DNA of 64,000 nucleotides, taken from NCBI GenBank assembly GCA_963749915.1, contig CAVVOP010000025.1, forward strand, positions 1 to 64,000. Reading direction: 5' to 3'. Source of the stretch: an uncultured cyanobacterium. GTDB lineage: Bacteria; Cyanobacteriota; Cyanobacteriia; Cyanobacteriales; Cyanobacteriaceae. This document shows, piece after piece, positions 22,592 through 33,222 of the stretch. The notes beneath the pieces were generated by a model that searched no databases, had not been told where the DNA came from, and was given only the letters and a program-made list of their open reading frames with translations. Within the stretch, counting starts at the first letter, position 1, and each line of letters opens with the position of its first letter. Both the position numbers and the translations under genes were made by a program.

Positions 22592-23029
22592 CTAAAATTT
22601 CAAGGATTTAATTAACACCCCAATAAAACTAAGTAAGCCAATGATAAGTAAAGCCACTGCTACAATTTCCGCACTCTCAGAGTTTTCGTAAGTATAGCGA
22701 TCGCTTTCAATTTGTTTAAGAATTTTACGATGTTCTTTCAATCCTAACACCATGCCAAACATTCCTGTACCGATAAAACAAAGTCCGACAATGACAGAAA
22801 ATCTGATCGGGTTTAAATGACCAGCAGTATCAATTTTCTCTATCGCCGTAGTAATGGTAGGAATACCGAAGCCAAAACCGATTAAAGATAAAGAAGTCCG
22901 TATCCAAGCCATCAAAGTACGATCGGCGGCGGCACGACTACGATATTTTGCTAATTCTGTACGATCAGATGCTAAGTCATTATTAGAAAGTTGTTTAGGG
23001 GTTTCTGAGTCTTGGGGAGGTTGATTCAT
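22592..23029 (-). CDS. DUF202/YidH family membrane protein
   Basis: AADRTLMAWIRTSLSLIGFG. Confidence 0.85.
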   Translation of the reverse strand: MNQPPQDSETPKQLSNNDLASDRTELAKYRSRAAADRTLMAWIRTSLSLIGFGFGIPTITTAIEKIDTAGHLNPIRFSVIVGLCFIGTGMFGMVLGLKEHRKILKQIESDRYTYENSESAEIVAVALLIIGLLSFIGVLIKSLKF

Positions 23030-23061
23030 AATTACTTAGACTAGACAAAATTAATTGTGAT

Positions 23062-23560
23062 CTAATGTACTTGTTTCATGGCAGGAGGATTCCAAATCCC
23101 ATTAAGAGCTGATGATTTAGGTGCATATAAACGCATTGTTACCCCCAGTACACCCTCAGCAGGAGAAGGCAACCAATTAGATTCTTTATCCTCTTCGGGG
23201 GAATCCTTTTGAATGTAGATATCAAGTGAACCATCTAAGTTATATTTTAGAGCATCTCTATCCCCAATCGCAAAACGATCGAGCTTATTCGCTACTTGAA
23301 AACCCTCAGCATCATACATTGTAATGGACCAAAAAGCCTCCACGGGAGGAAGTTCATTTTTATCAAAATGTAAAACATATTTATTTTGACCTTCCATCGG
23401 CTGACCGTTGGCATCAAAAACATTCAGGGGATAAATGGCATCTTCGGGTTGATTTGCCCCTAATCCCACCATAGCCACGATTGCCCGTTTTAGATAGTAA
23501 TTGCCATAAACTCCCATAGTATCGGTGTTCATTTGCCAACCATTTTCTTTCCCATCGGTT
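23062..23560 (-). pseudogene. DUF1254/DUF1214 protein, C-terminal fragment
   Basis: NGWQMNTDTMGVYGNYYLKRA...PPVEAFWSITMYD...NWLP; N-terminal domain absent and the fragment abuts the argH stop. Confidence 0.65.
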
Positions 23561-23563
23561 GGG

Positions 23564-24952
23564 TTAAAGCATAGTCATTTTGTCTTTCAAATTAGAGATC
23601 GCCTGTTTTATTTGTTTAAAACCTGTTCCACCGTAGCTATTCCGGGCAGATACTACTTGTTTAGGTGCGATCGCCTCATATATGTCTGCCTCAAAAGCTG
23701 GGTGTAATTGTTGCCATTGTTCAAGGGTTAAATCCTTAAGTAATTTTCCGGCGGCTAAACTGGTTTTAACGACCTTGCCGACCAAATTATAGGCTTCTCG
23801 GAAAGGCACACCTTTGGAAGCTAAATAATCCGCCACATCAGTGGCGTTAGAAAAATCTTCGTTAACGGCTTCTTCTAAGCGACTGGTGCGAAATTCTAAG
23901 CCTTCCGACAGTAAAATCGTCATAGCAGATAAACAACCTTTCACGGTGTTAACGGCATCAAAAATGGCCTCTTTGTCTTCCTGTAAGTCTTTATTATAGG
24001 CAAGGGGTAAACCTTTCATGATGGTTAACAAGCCTTGTAAATGTCCGAAAACTCGCCCTGTTTTGCCTCTAACTAATTCAGGTATATCGGGATTTTTCTT
24101 TTGAGGCATAATACTTGATCCTGTAGAGCAACTGTCTTTAAGGGTAATAAAGCTAAATTCCTGAGATGCCCACAAAATCATTTCTTCACTGATACGGCTG
24201 AGGTGTACCATGATTAAGCTAGAAGCACATAAAAATTCAATGGCAAAATCTCGATCGCTCACTCCATCTAAGCTATTCTCATATACAGAGGCGAATCCCA
24301 ACTCTTTGGCACTAAAATGACGATCAATAGGAAATGTAGTACCGGCTAAAGCACCACAACCAAGGGGAGATATATTCGTGCGATCGTAAATTTGTCCTAG
24401 TCTTTCCCAGTCACGTTGTGCCATATGACAATAGGCCATGAGATGATGGGCTAAACTGAGGGGTTGTGCCCGTTGTAGGTGAGTATAACCCGGAATTAAG
24501 GTTTCGATGTGATTTTCGGCCTGATTTAATAGAGCTTGTTGCCAATCTCTTAATAATCCTTGGATTTGCTGAATTTGATCCCGTAAATATAAGCGAACAT
24601 CCGTACCAACTTGATCATTCCGAGAACGGGCGGTGTGCAACTTTTTACCCACGTCGCCCACAATTTCTGTCAAACGTCTTTCTACGGCAAAATGTACGTC
24701 TTCTTGATCAATGCCGGGATTAAAGTTCCCGTCTCGGTATTCTTGACGAATTTGGGCTAAACCCTTGATGAGAGTTTGGGCTTCTTCGGAGGTAATAATA
24801 CCAGTATGACCGAGCATTTTAGCGTGTGCTGTTGATCCAGTGATGTCATATTCTATTAATTCGATGTCAAAGCCGATACTAGCGTTAAATACCGCAATGA
24901 CGGGATGTAATGAGGTTTCAAAGCGATCACTCCAAGTCTGTTTTTTAGTCAC
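23564..24952 (-). CDS. argH: Argininosuccinate lyase
   Basis: [22 protein letters not shown]. Confidence 0.98.
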   Translation of the reverse strand: MTKKQTWSDRFETSLHPVIAVFNASIGFDIELIEYDITGSTAHAKMLGHTGIITSEEAQTLIKGLAQIRQEYRDGNFNPGIDQEDVHFAVERRLTEIVGDVGKKLHTARSRNDQVGTDVRLYLRDQIQQIQGLLRDWQQALLNQAENHIETLIPGYTHLQRAQPLSLAHHLMAYCHMAQRDWERLGQIYDRTNISPLGCGALAGTTFPIDRHFSAKELGFASVYENSLDGVSDRDFAIEFLCASSLIMVHLSRISEEMILWASQEFSFITLKDSCSTGSSIMPQKKNPDIPELVRGKTGRVFGHLQGLLTIMKGLPLAYNKDLQEDKEAIFDAVNTVKGCLSAMTILLSEGLEFRTSRLEEAVNEDFSNATDVADYLASKGVPFREAYNLVGKVVKTSLAAGKLLKDLTLEQWQQLHPAFEADIYEAIAPKQVVSARNSYGGTGFKQIKQAISNLKDKMTML

Positions 24953-25094
24953 GGTTAATAATTATAGTTATCATAATTGGCTGTAGCACTAAAGAAATTG
25001 ATTACTTTAATGTTTTCTATTTAGTTTCTTTGTATTTGCGCGATATATCAATTTAACACGATAACGTCCTTAATTCTAACAATGATTAAAAAAC

Positions 25095-25277
25095 TTAAAA
25101 TCTGGTGAAATTGGCAAAGATATAGCCGAAAAAGACGCCAATTAATAAAGCCCAAATTTGCCCTGATTCCACGAAATTTTCCCAGGCATCAGACATTTGA
25201 CCAATAACATCAGGATCTTCAACTATTTGGGCAAATGAAAAGCAATGACTGATAACATCATGAATAAATAAATCCAT
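25095..25277 (-). CDS. Small membrane protein
   Basis: AWENFVESGQIWALLIGVFFGY; AGAGG upstream. Confidence 0.65.
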   Translation of the reverse strand: MDLFIHDVISHCFSFAQIVEDPDVIGQMSDAWENFVESGQIWALLIGVFFGYIFANFTRF

Positions 25278-25569
25278 ACAAATATAGCCTCTAAATTATT
25301 TTGTTAATCATAGATTATACTCAGATTTTGCACCGACACCACAAATCTCTAGGGAGAATCTGCACTAGGTGATCGGGTGGAGGTATAATATTATTTTGCC
25401 CTTTCTTGACAGAAGATTTAACGGTATAAAGTCAAGAAAATTTACGGTATCGAAAATCATTAATTGCTATTGCTAATTTCTGATTGTTCATTGCTGGTTA
25501 TGTTAGATTTAAAAAGAGCATTTTTGCCTTCACTCTCATTTGTCAAATTTTGCCGTTGAATTAAATATA

Positions 25570-26775
25570 ATGACTAAATTAGTGACTAAAATTATTGCCT
25601 CCACTTGCTTTTTAAGTATAGGTATCATCCTTGGTATTTGGGGTAGTCGAACATTGATGACTTCTCAGTCTCCTCTGAAGTCTTCTCCTGATTCTGAGAC
25701 ATCTTTGCTTCCTATGGCTACTCCCATTGCTTCTCGTGACAAAAATAATGCTACCTCTACAGAAAAAAATATTAATTTTATTACTCAAGCGGCAGAAAAA
25801 GTTGGGGCAGCAGTGGTGAGAATTGACGCCACCCGTGAAGTGAGTTTAAACATTGCACCTAATTTTGATCATCCTCTATTTCGTCATTTTTTTAGGGAAC
25901 AAATCCCCCGAGAACACATGGAAAAAGGTACAGGTTCCGGTTTTATTATTAAGGGAGACGGGTTAATTCTGACCAATGCTCATGTGGTTGAAGGGGCGAA
26001 AGTGGTATCTGTGTTTCTTAGAGATGGTCAAAACTATGAGGGGAAGGTTTTAGGAGTTGATCCGATGACGGATGTCGCTATTGTCAAAATTACGGCTCAA
26101 AATTTACCAACAGTTACTTTGGGCAATGCTGAGCAATTAATACCAGGAGAATGGGCGATCGCCATTGGCAATCCATTGGGGCTAGATAATACCGTTACCG
26201 TTGGAATTATAAGTGCTTTAGGGAGATCGAGTACAGAAGTAGGGGTACCAGATAAACGAGTAAAATTCATTCAGACTGATGCGGCTATTAATCCCGGAAA
26301 TTCTGGAGGCCCTCTTTTAAACGCGGGGGGAGAAGTAATTGGCATAAATACCGCCATTCGTGCCGATGCCCAAGGATTAGGTTTTGCCATCCCCATTCAA
26401 ACAGCTTCTCGTATCGCTAATCAACTTTTCACTAACGGCAAAGCATCTCATCCCTATCTCGGCATTCAAATGATTACCCTTAATCAAGATACCCTCAAAA
26501 ATGGTCAGATACCACAACATTTAGGCTTTAATATCGATACAGAAAAAGGAGTGCTGGTAGTACAAGTAATGGTCAATTCCCCCGCTGAAAAAGCCGGTTT
26601 TTTGCCAGGAGATGTGATTCTCAAAGTAGGTAATCAAATGGTATTTACAGCCTTAGATGTTCAAGAGCAAGTTGACTTAAGTATTGTCGGTGAAATTTTG
26701 CTAGTAGAAATCGAGCGTCACGGAAAATCTCAGATTATGGAGGTGCTTCCTCAAGATTTCCCTGGTGATTCTTAG
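25570..26775 (+). CDS. HhoA/HhoB/HtrA family serine protease with PDZ domain
   Basis: TNAHVV, IQTDAAINPGNSGGPL. Confidence 0.93.
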   Translation: MTKLVTKIIASTCFLSIGIILGIWGSRTLMTSQSPLKSSPDSETSLLPMATPIASRDKNNATSTEKNINFITQAAEKVGAAVVRIDATREVSLNIAPNFDHPLFRHFFREQIPREHMEKGTGSGFIIKGDGLILTNAHVVEGAKVVSVFLRDGQNYEGKVLGVDPMTDVAIVKITAQNLPTVTLGNAEQLIPGEWAIAIGNPLGLDNTVTVGIISALGRSSTEVGVPDKRVKFIQTDAAINPGNSGGPLLNAGGEVIGINTAIRADAQGLGFAIPIQTASRIANQLFTNGKASHPYLGIQMITLNQDTLKNGQIPQHLGFNIDTEKGVLVVQVMVNSPAEKAGFLPGDVILKVGNQMVFTALDVQEQVDLSIVGEILLVEIERHGKSQIMEVLPQDFPGDS

Positions 26776-26986
26776 AGGAAAACATTAAGAAAATAGATAA
26801 ACAACTGAGAAATTATGGTCAAAAACTACTTTTATTAGCTACATTAGAGTCATAGATTTGTTATTTTTTCCTAGGGGATGTTTTTGGTATTAATCATCAC
26901 AAAATTCTTACATTTAAAGTGATTTAGTTAACACCATAATAATAACAAATTGAAAATGTGTGCCAAAAAGAGGAGTGACTTATCAA

Positions 26987-28078
26987 ATGAATCAATTAAG
27001 CGGTAAAATCGATTATCATAATGACCTGATCAAAGCTGAAATTGACGATGAATTAAATCAAGTAATTGCGCAATTTTCTGCCGCCGAAGATATTAACACT
27101 AAAAAATCAAGAGGAAGTAAACCAAAATTAGACGATTCTGTGGCTGCCTTTTTTAAAGAAATGGCACGTTACCCGCTATTGAGTGCGGAGGAAGAAGTTG
27201 GCTTAGCTTATGCTGTCAGATTTTTGAGCGATTGTGAGGAAAAACAACAAGAATTGCATCGTCAATTAGAAAGGACTCCCAGTAAAATAGAACTAGCCCG
27301 AGTTATGGGTTTAGAGAATGAGCGTCAGTTAGATAATCGTTTATATAAAGGAAAGGCCGCTAAACGAAAAATGATCCGTTCCAATTTGCGCTTGGTGGTT
27401 TCCATTGCAAAACGCTATCTTAATCGTGGTGTACCGTTTTTAGATTTAATTCAAGAAGGCGCTATCGGCTTAAATCGTGCCGCCGAAAAATTTGATCCGA
27501 ATAAAGGTTATAAATTCTCTACTTATGCTTATTGGTGGATTCGACAAGCTATTACTCGCACCATCGCTAACGATTCCCGCACTATTCGTCTTCCCATTCA
27601 TATTGTGGAAAAACTCAATAAATTGAAAAAAGCACAACGAGTTTTAAAACAAAACCTACAACGTCATCCCACAGAAACGGAATTGGCAGAGGAGATGGGA
27701 ATCAATAGTCAAGCATTACATCAATTGTTACAGTTAAAAAGACAATCTTTGTCTCTTAATCACAGAGTTGGGAAGGGTGAAGATACAGAGTTAATAGAGT
27801 TACTCGAAGACACTAACTTACTTTTGCCCGAAGAAAAAATGAGTGAAAGCATGATGCACCAAGAAATTGTCTCAGTTTTAAGTGATGTCTTGAGTGAAAG
27901 AGAAAAAGAAGTAATTGTTTTGCGCTATGGCTTAGCCAGTACTAAAGCTCATACTCTGGAAGAAGTGGGCAAAATTTTTGAATTATCCAGAGAAAGAGTC
28001 AGACAAATTCAAACTAAAGCTATGCGAAAGCTCAGAAGACCACAAGTAGCAAGACGCTTAAAAGGTTGGCTTAGTTAA
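26987..28078 (+). CDS. sigE: Group 2 RNA polymerase sigma factor, SigE-type
   Basis: AFFKEMARYPLL and RRPQVARRLKGWL match recalled SigE signatures; AGGAG before ATG 26987. Confidence 0.82.
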   Translation: MNQLSGKIDYHNDLIKAEIDDELNQVIAQFSAAEDINTKKSRGSKPKLDDSVAAFFKEMARYPLLSAEEEVGLAYAVRFLSDCEEKQQELHRQLERTPSKIELARVMGLENERQLDNRLYKGKAAKRKMIRSNLRLVVSIAKRYLNRGVPFLDLIQEGAIGLNRAAEKFDPNKGYKFSTYAYWWIRQAITRTIANDSRTIRLPIHIVEKLNKLKKAQRVLKQNLQRHPTETELAEEMGINSQALHQLLQLKRQSLSLNHRVGKGEDTELIELLEDTNLLLPEEKMSESMMHQEIVSVLSDVLSEREKEVIVLRYGLASTKAHTLEEVGKIFELSRERVRQIQTKAMRKLRRPQVARRLKGWLS

Positions 28079-28143
28079 GACAACAATTGACAATTAACAG
28101 TTAACAATTCATTGTGCTTATTTAGTTATGACAAAAATTTGAT

Positions 28144-28725
28144 TCAAGTAGTTACTTTTCTCAATTTCCAAATTAAGCTAGAGAAAAAATTGGTTAACCC
28201 GTGTGCGATAATGGGTACTAATAAATTACCAGTAAGATAAGCACTATAGCCTAAAATAAACCCGATAACCATAGCCCACACTACATAATGCCAATTTTGC
28301 ACATCACTTAAGTGTAAAACACCAAAGAGAATGCTAGATACAATAATGGCGAATAAATCATAACCAAAGGCGGGGATCATCACTCCTCGAAATAATAATT
28401 CTTCACTTAATCCGGGTAAAACTCCTACCCAAATCAAATCAGGAATAACTAAAGGAGTGATAATTAAATCTAAATATTGTTCGGCACTGCGACGATAATC
28501 TGGCCAAACTTGAGTTAGAATTATACTGGCAATAATGATCCCAGCGGCCATGAGACAGCCTAACAAAATTGCCTCGAGGGTAAAATTGAGGGGGATAAGA
28601 TTAATAGAGCCTAATTTACGCCAAACTTGGGTAATAATCAGGAGAATAACCGCGGTTACTCCCATAAACGATAATATTTGAATGCGGGTGAAAGATTCTG
28701 AATTTGGTTGATTACTGTCAGCCAT
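28144..28725 (-). CDS. CPBP family intramembrane metalloprotease
   Basis: EELLFRG, FGVLH, HGLTN motifs. Confidence 0.88.
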   Translation of the reverse strand: MADSNQPNSESFTRIQILSFMGVTAVILLIITQVWRKLGSINLIPLNFTLEAILLGCLMAAGIIIASIILTQVWPDYRRSAEQYLDLIITPLVIPDLIWVGVLPGLSEELLFRGVMIPAFGYDLFAIIVSSILFGVLHLSDVQNWHYVVWAMVIGFILGYSAYLTGNLLVPIIAHGLTNFFSSLIWKLRKVTT

Positions 28726-28835
28726 AAATAATTAAATGATAGGAAAGGGAATAGGGAATAAGCAGACAGATATAATGTAATATAACTGCTGATTGATTAA
28801 GTTAACATTGTGGCACAGCATCTTGCCTGTAATGG

Positions 28836-29894
28836 TTAATTGCCAATTGCTAATTGATTAAGGGGTTTCACTTGGGGATTCAGTGCATCATAGCTAATCC
28901 CCGCACGATGGACGACAATTAACCCCATTGCCTCTAAATATGATTTTACCCTTATTGCTTTAATTCCTAACAATTCGGGTTGTATATCCAACACTGTCTT
29001 GTTTTCTTCTACGACTATAATTTGAGTATTTAAATCACTAAAACTAAACATGGCACTACCTCCGCAGGCATTAGCGGGTATAACTAAAGTATCTATATCT
29101 TCCGCCCAAAGACCATGATAATTTTTGTTAAGAGTAAATTGAGGTGCTTTACTTAAACCAACCAACACGCAAGGCAAAAATGTATATCCCAATTCTTCGG
29201 CAGCCGATCTAGGTGAGATACTAATGTCTAAGGGTAGAGGGGATAAAGCTGGTGCGTGGGCACAGGGTATGCGAAATTCTCTCACTAGGAGATGGGATAT
29301 TACAGCTTCTGCACCGGCTAAGGTATCCACACCAATGCCATGACGGTAATTATGTAAGTTTTGACTATCACTATCATCGGGAAATCTAGCAACTACTGCT
29401 AAGGCGTTAACTTTAGCTGTGGTAATTAATTTTTGTGCCGCCCTTAATAAACTGTCAGCATTGCCTATTGTACCCCAACTAGCACCACTTTCGGTCATTC
29501 TCAATTCTACATTTAAGGGGCGATCGGTGATAATATAATCACTAACACTAATACCCAAAGTAGTTCTTACTGCGTCAGTAGCTTGTATATGTCTATGTCT
29601 TAATTCGGTTTCTATCCCTTGATCTAAGATCAACCCAATTTTGTTTTGTAGGACCGATTCCAAACCCCATTCCCCGGCGGCAAATTTATCTAAACCGTAG
29701 CCCTCCACATAGTCAATATTATTGCACTGCCAATATAAACTCCCCCCATTCATCACGTTAGGATGAGTAATAATGCGATCGCAAATTGCGGCCATCGCTT
29801 TAGCCACAGGTAAAGCATCCCCTGCATAACCACCAATGGATGCACCGATGCCTGTGGGAATAATTAAAACGGCAGAATAGGGTTTTTTTGTCAT
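28836..29894 (-). CDS. DUF3326 family protein
   Basis: IPTGIGASIGGYAGDA, THPNVMNG, PCAHAP. Confidence 0.85.
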   Translation of the reverse strand: MTKKPYSAVLIIPTGIGASIGGYAGDALPVAKAMAAICDRIITHPNVMNGGSLYWQCNNIDYVEGYGLDKFAAGEWGLESVLQNKIGLILDQGIETELRHRHIQATDAVRTTLGISVSDYIITDRPLNVELRMTESGASWGTIGNADSLLRAAQKLITTAKVNALAVVARFPDDSDSQNLHNYRHGIGVDTLAGAEAVISHLLVREFRIPCAHAPALSPLPLDISISPRSAAEELGYTFLPCVLVGLSKAPQFTLNKNYHGLWAEDIDTLVIPANACGGSAMFSFSDLNTQIIVVEENKTVLDIQPELLGIKAIRVKSYLEAMGLIVVHRAGISYDALNPQVKPLNQLAIGN

Positions 29895-29966
29895 CTGAGA
29901 GAATTAGAAATTGACAAGCAAGATGCCTATATCACAAATTAATAATTGTTCATTGTTAATGATCAA

Positions 29967-30137
29967 TTATTTAGTAACAATGGCTTCGACTTTTGCCTTT
30001 TGTTTATCTTCGTCAACAATGGTAATAGCCCAACGTAACGGTTTACCCTCTTGATTTAACATTTCTTCAATGTCTTTTTTCAATTTTAGAGGGTTTTGTT
30101 GTAGGTCAATTTCAGCGGTGATAAATTGAGTTGTCAT
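29967..30137 (-). CDS. Small hypothetical protein (56 aa, not in ORF track)
   Basis: MTTQFITAEIDLQQNPLKLKKDIEEMLNQEGKPLRWAITIVDEDKQKAKVEAIVTK*; co-oriented upstream of the DUF3326 gene. Confidence 0.7.
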   Translation of the reverse strand: MTTQFITAEIDLQQNPLKLKKDIEEMLNQEGKPLRWAITIVDEDKQKAKVEAIVTK

Positions 30138-30462
30138 ATTTTTTGACTGAATGAATTTTAATTTTATTATATGTTATTGGAGATATTCTGAACCCTTAGG
30201 AATGAGGATTTAATTATTTAGTAAAGTAGGGGGCAGTCTAAAAACTGTTTGATTTTCCGAAGGAAAATCAACACCCTAGGCTAAGACCATCAGGAAAGCA
30301 TCTGAGTGGCAGAGATTTAGGTCGTTTGGAGCCTAAGCCTACACCTTCTCTTAGGTATCGGGCAATGGCTTAAAAACTTGAACATCGAGTAAAAGAATAG
30401 CCCAAATCGACAATAACGTTAAACTAAAAAGTAAGTCTTTTGAGCATTAAAAACTTCTGATA

Positions 30463-31020
30463 ATGAAATCACTTTATAAATGGTCGGTAACCGAATATCA
30501 TCAGATGATTGATACTGGTTTATTAGAAGATAAGCCTGTACAATTGCTAGAAGGAGAAATAATCGAAATGAGTCCTGAAGGACCTTTACATACATCTATT
30601 AACTATTCTGTTGCCGAATATCTAAGAGAATTGTTGCGAGGCAGGGCTATAATTCGAGAAGCTCATCCTGTTACACTTGATAACTCTGAACCAGAACCCG
30701 ATATTGCCATAGTTGCTTCTCCCTACACTAATTATCTAACTCGTCATCCTTATCCTCAAGATATTTATTGGTTAATCGAGGTATCCGATCGAACTCTAAA
30801 AAGAGATTTAGAGGAAAAAACAATTACTTATGCCCGTAATAGTATCTGTGAATATTGGGTAATCGATCTACCCCACCAAAAGTTATGGGTGTTTAATCAA
30901 CCCCAGAACTCTCAATATCAGGATTGTGCTGAACTCACTACAGGAATAATTAATCCTCTTGCCTTTCCCGAAATTGATGTAGAAATTAACCAATTATTGA
31001 TCCCACTTTCCGCAGTTTAA
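30463..31020 (+). CDS. Uma2 (DUF820) family protein
   Basis: EPEPDIAIV, LIEVSDRTL, EYWVIDL. Confidence 0.88.
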   Translation: MKSLYKWSVTEYHQMIDTGLLEDKPVQLLEGEIIEMSPEGPLHTSINYSVAEYLRELLRGRAIIREAHPVTLDNSEPEPDIAIVASPYTNYLTRHPYPQDIYWLIEVSDRTLKRDLEEKTITYARNSICEYWVIDLPHQKLWVFNQPQNSQYQDCAELTTGIINPLAFPEIDVEINQLLIPLSAV

Positions 31021-31127
31021 AACAAAAGAAAACAAAATAAGTATATATACCTGAACTTTCCCTGAGCAAATGTACTGAAGCATCATTCAAAGCCTTGCAA
31101 AGCTACAGCCTGTGTCCATGTAAAATT

Positions 31128-31145
31128 GTTACATTTCTTAACATT
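31128..31145 (+). promoter_or_regulatory. Putative HLR1 (RpaB) site next to a -10-like hexamer
   Basis: GTTACATT-TC-TTAACATT followed by TATAGT. Confidence 0.45.
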
Positions 31146-31550
31146 TTATAGTGCCAAATGTGATACGACGATCCTGAGGGCGAACACTTCACGAACTACT
31201 CCACAACCCCTTTACAAATTTGTAGCCAGTAACAGGCAGTTCAAAAATATCTGTAACTGTCTTGGGTTAAGGCTTTTCTCGTTTTTCACTTGGGGAAGTT
31301 CAGTTAAACCAATTTCTCGTCCTAAAGGGGTTGTAAAGATTTCTTAATGATCGAAAAGCAAGTCGTTAGCATAAGTGGTTACTTAAACTTTCTGACTTGC
31401 TCTTACTTAATGCTTTAATGGGAAACAATGCTTCAGCCGAGACCGGATGGGGTAAGCGTTGTGATGATATTTCACCCCCTTATTACCTTACCTACTATTA
31501 ATATTACTAGCAATAACTATCTAACCACTAATCTTTTTTCCCGAAATTAC

Positions 31551-31727
31551 TTAGCGAAAGCGTTTTTTGCGGCGGGCAACGGCTTTGCGTTTTTTCTTTT
31601 CAATGGGGGTTTCAAAGTGACGCAGACGTTTAATATCTGCAAAGATACCTGCTTTCGAAACTTGTCTTTTAAAACGACGTAAAGCTGATTCTATATTCTC
31701 ATTTTGTCCCACAACCACTTGGGTCAT
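31551..31727 (-). CDS. rpsU: 30S ribosomal protein S21 (58 aa, not in ORF track)
   Basis: [64 protein letters not shown] upstream. Confidence 0.95.
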   Translation of the reverse strand: MTQVVVGQNENIESALRRFKRQVSKAGIFADIKRLRHFETPIEKKKRKAVARRKKRFR

Positions 31728-31822
31728 GCAATATCCTCCTTACTAAAAGTTTACTATTATTTTTAAACTAACATACCATTGTATCGCATCAATACCAAAA
31801 TGACCGCTCTTTTTTTGAATGA

Positions 31823-33031
31823 TTATTTTTTACCTATAAAATTTACAGGATCTTGATCTCGTCGATGTCTTATGGGTAAAGGTTCAGGCTGAGAATCTCC
31901 CTGCAATTGTGCCGTAAATTCCAAAGCAGTACGCAATCTTTTCCCGGCATAAATCGACATATCACGGGGAATACTTATTCTATCTCGTAAATATCGTAAC
32001 GGGACGGCAGAATTAGGAGGAGGAGTACAAACTTCCCCTGTCATCATGTTAGTTAAGGCACAACGTAACGCTTCATCGAATAATTGATTATCGGCGGGGT
32101 TAACGTTAATAATGTTTTGACGATGTTTGAAAACTCGATATAAAGCTTCCTGACGAGAATTTTCTGGCTCAGGGTAACTAACATCTGGTAATTGAAACCA
32201 ATCCCCTTCATCCACTAATTTTCGATTAATCTTAGCTTGATTTGTGCCGTTTTCATAACATCCTCCCATTTGCGGAGGTAAATCATGGGCATGAGTGTGG
32301 AAGTCACTTTGTGTACCTCGATAAGTCCATCGAGATTCCATGGCATTAAACCAACGAGAAAAATAAGGGTTTTCTTCTCGCAATGAGTAACCTTTATAGT
32401 AGTAAAGACTGGCATTCATGCGTTCTACATAGGGAGTGAAAATAACATCAGCAGTGCTAAAATCATCTAAAAAATAAGGGCTATGGGTCATAGCTAAGGC
32501 CTCTTCTACTTGCTTAACGACTTCGATAAACTGCTTACGGTTATTTTCTTCTTGAGTGCGAAACATTGTCGGATAACAAAGCCAACTACACCACGCCCGA
32601 AATAATAATCTTTCTAATTTTCTCAGAGGAATAACTCTAGGGTGTTGCATCCCGAACCCTAAAACGCCAAAAGCACCTTCCAAAGTCAATAAAATATCGT
32701 CACTTTCGGTGATAACTTTACCATCTAATTCTAAAGCAGGTAACATTCCGGAGGGTACTTTTTGTTTATACCAGGTTTCTTTCTGACCATAACAAAACAT
32801 GGTTACTTTTTTGATACGGTAGGGGATTTGTTTTTCTTCTAACCATAGCCACACTTTTTGACAATAAGGGCACCATGCGTGATGATCTCGATAGAAGGTT
32901 ACTCTGACATTTTCTTCTGATTGATTAAACAACCTTAAGTTTGCTTGTGCATTGGTTAATCCATTAACGGTGTCGATGTGATAATCCGTAAGTTTTTCTA
33001 ATTCTTGCCAAGAAAGGGGAGTAAGTACCAT
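31823..33031 (-). CDS. Glutathione S-transferase family protein
   Basis: [24 protein letters not shown]. Confidence 0.88.
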   Translation of the reverse strand: MVLTPLSWQELEKLTDYHIDTVNGLTNAQANLRLFNQSEENVRVTFYRDHHAWCPYCQKVWLWLEEKQIPYRIKKVTMFCYGQKETWYKQKVPSGMLPALELDGKVITESDDILLTLEGAFGVLGFGMQHPRVIPLRKLERLLFRAWCSWLCYPTMFRTQEENNRKQFIEVVKQVEEALAMTHSPYFLDDFSTADVIFTPYVERMNASLYYYKGYSLREENPYFSRWFNAMESRWTYRGTQSDFHTHAHDLPPQMGGCYENGTNQAKINRKLVDEGDWFQLPDVSYPEPENSRQEALYRVFKHRQNIINVNPADNQLFDEALRCALTNMMTGEVCTPPPNSAVPLRYLRDRISIPRDMSIYAGKRLRTALEFTAQLQGDSQPEPLPIRHRRDQDPVNFIGKK

Positions 33032-33222
33032 AGAGTAAGGAGAATAAAGGCTTTTAGTTTTTTATATCAATTAAGATTTTTATTTTCATACTTCTTTAGT
33101 GTAACAGTCAAATATTCTTACCGTTAACTATTCCAGTACCCCACCAAAGATTTATGACCTGTAGGATGGAAGATCTGGGTCAATTCTGCTGAGTTAACGC
33201 AACGATGGTGGATTTGGAGTAA

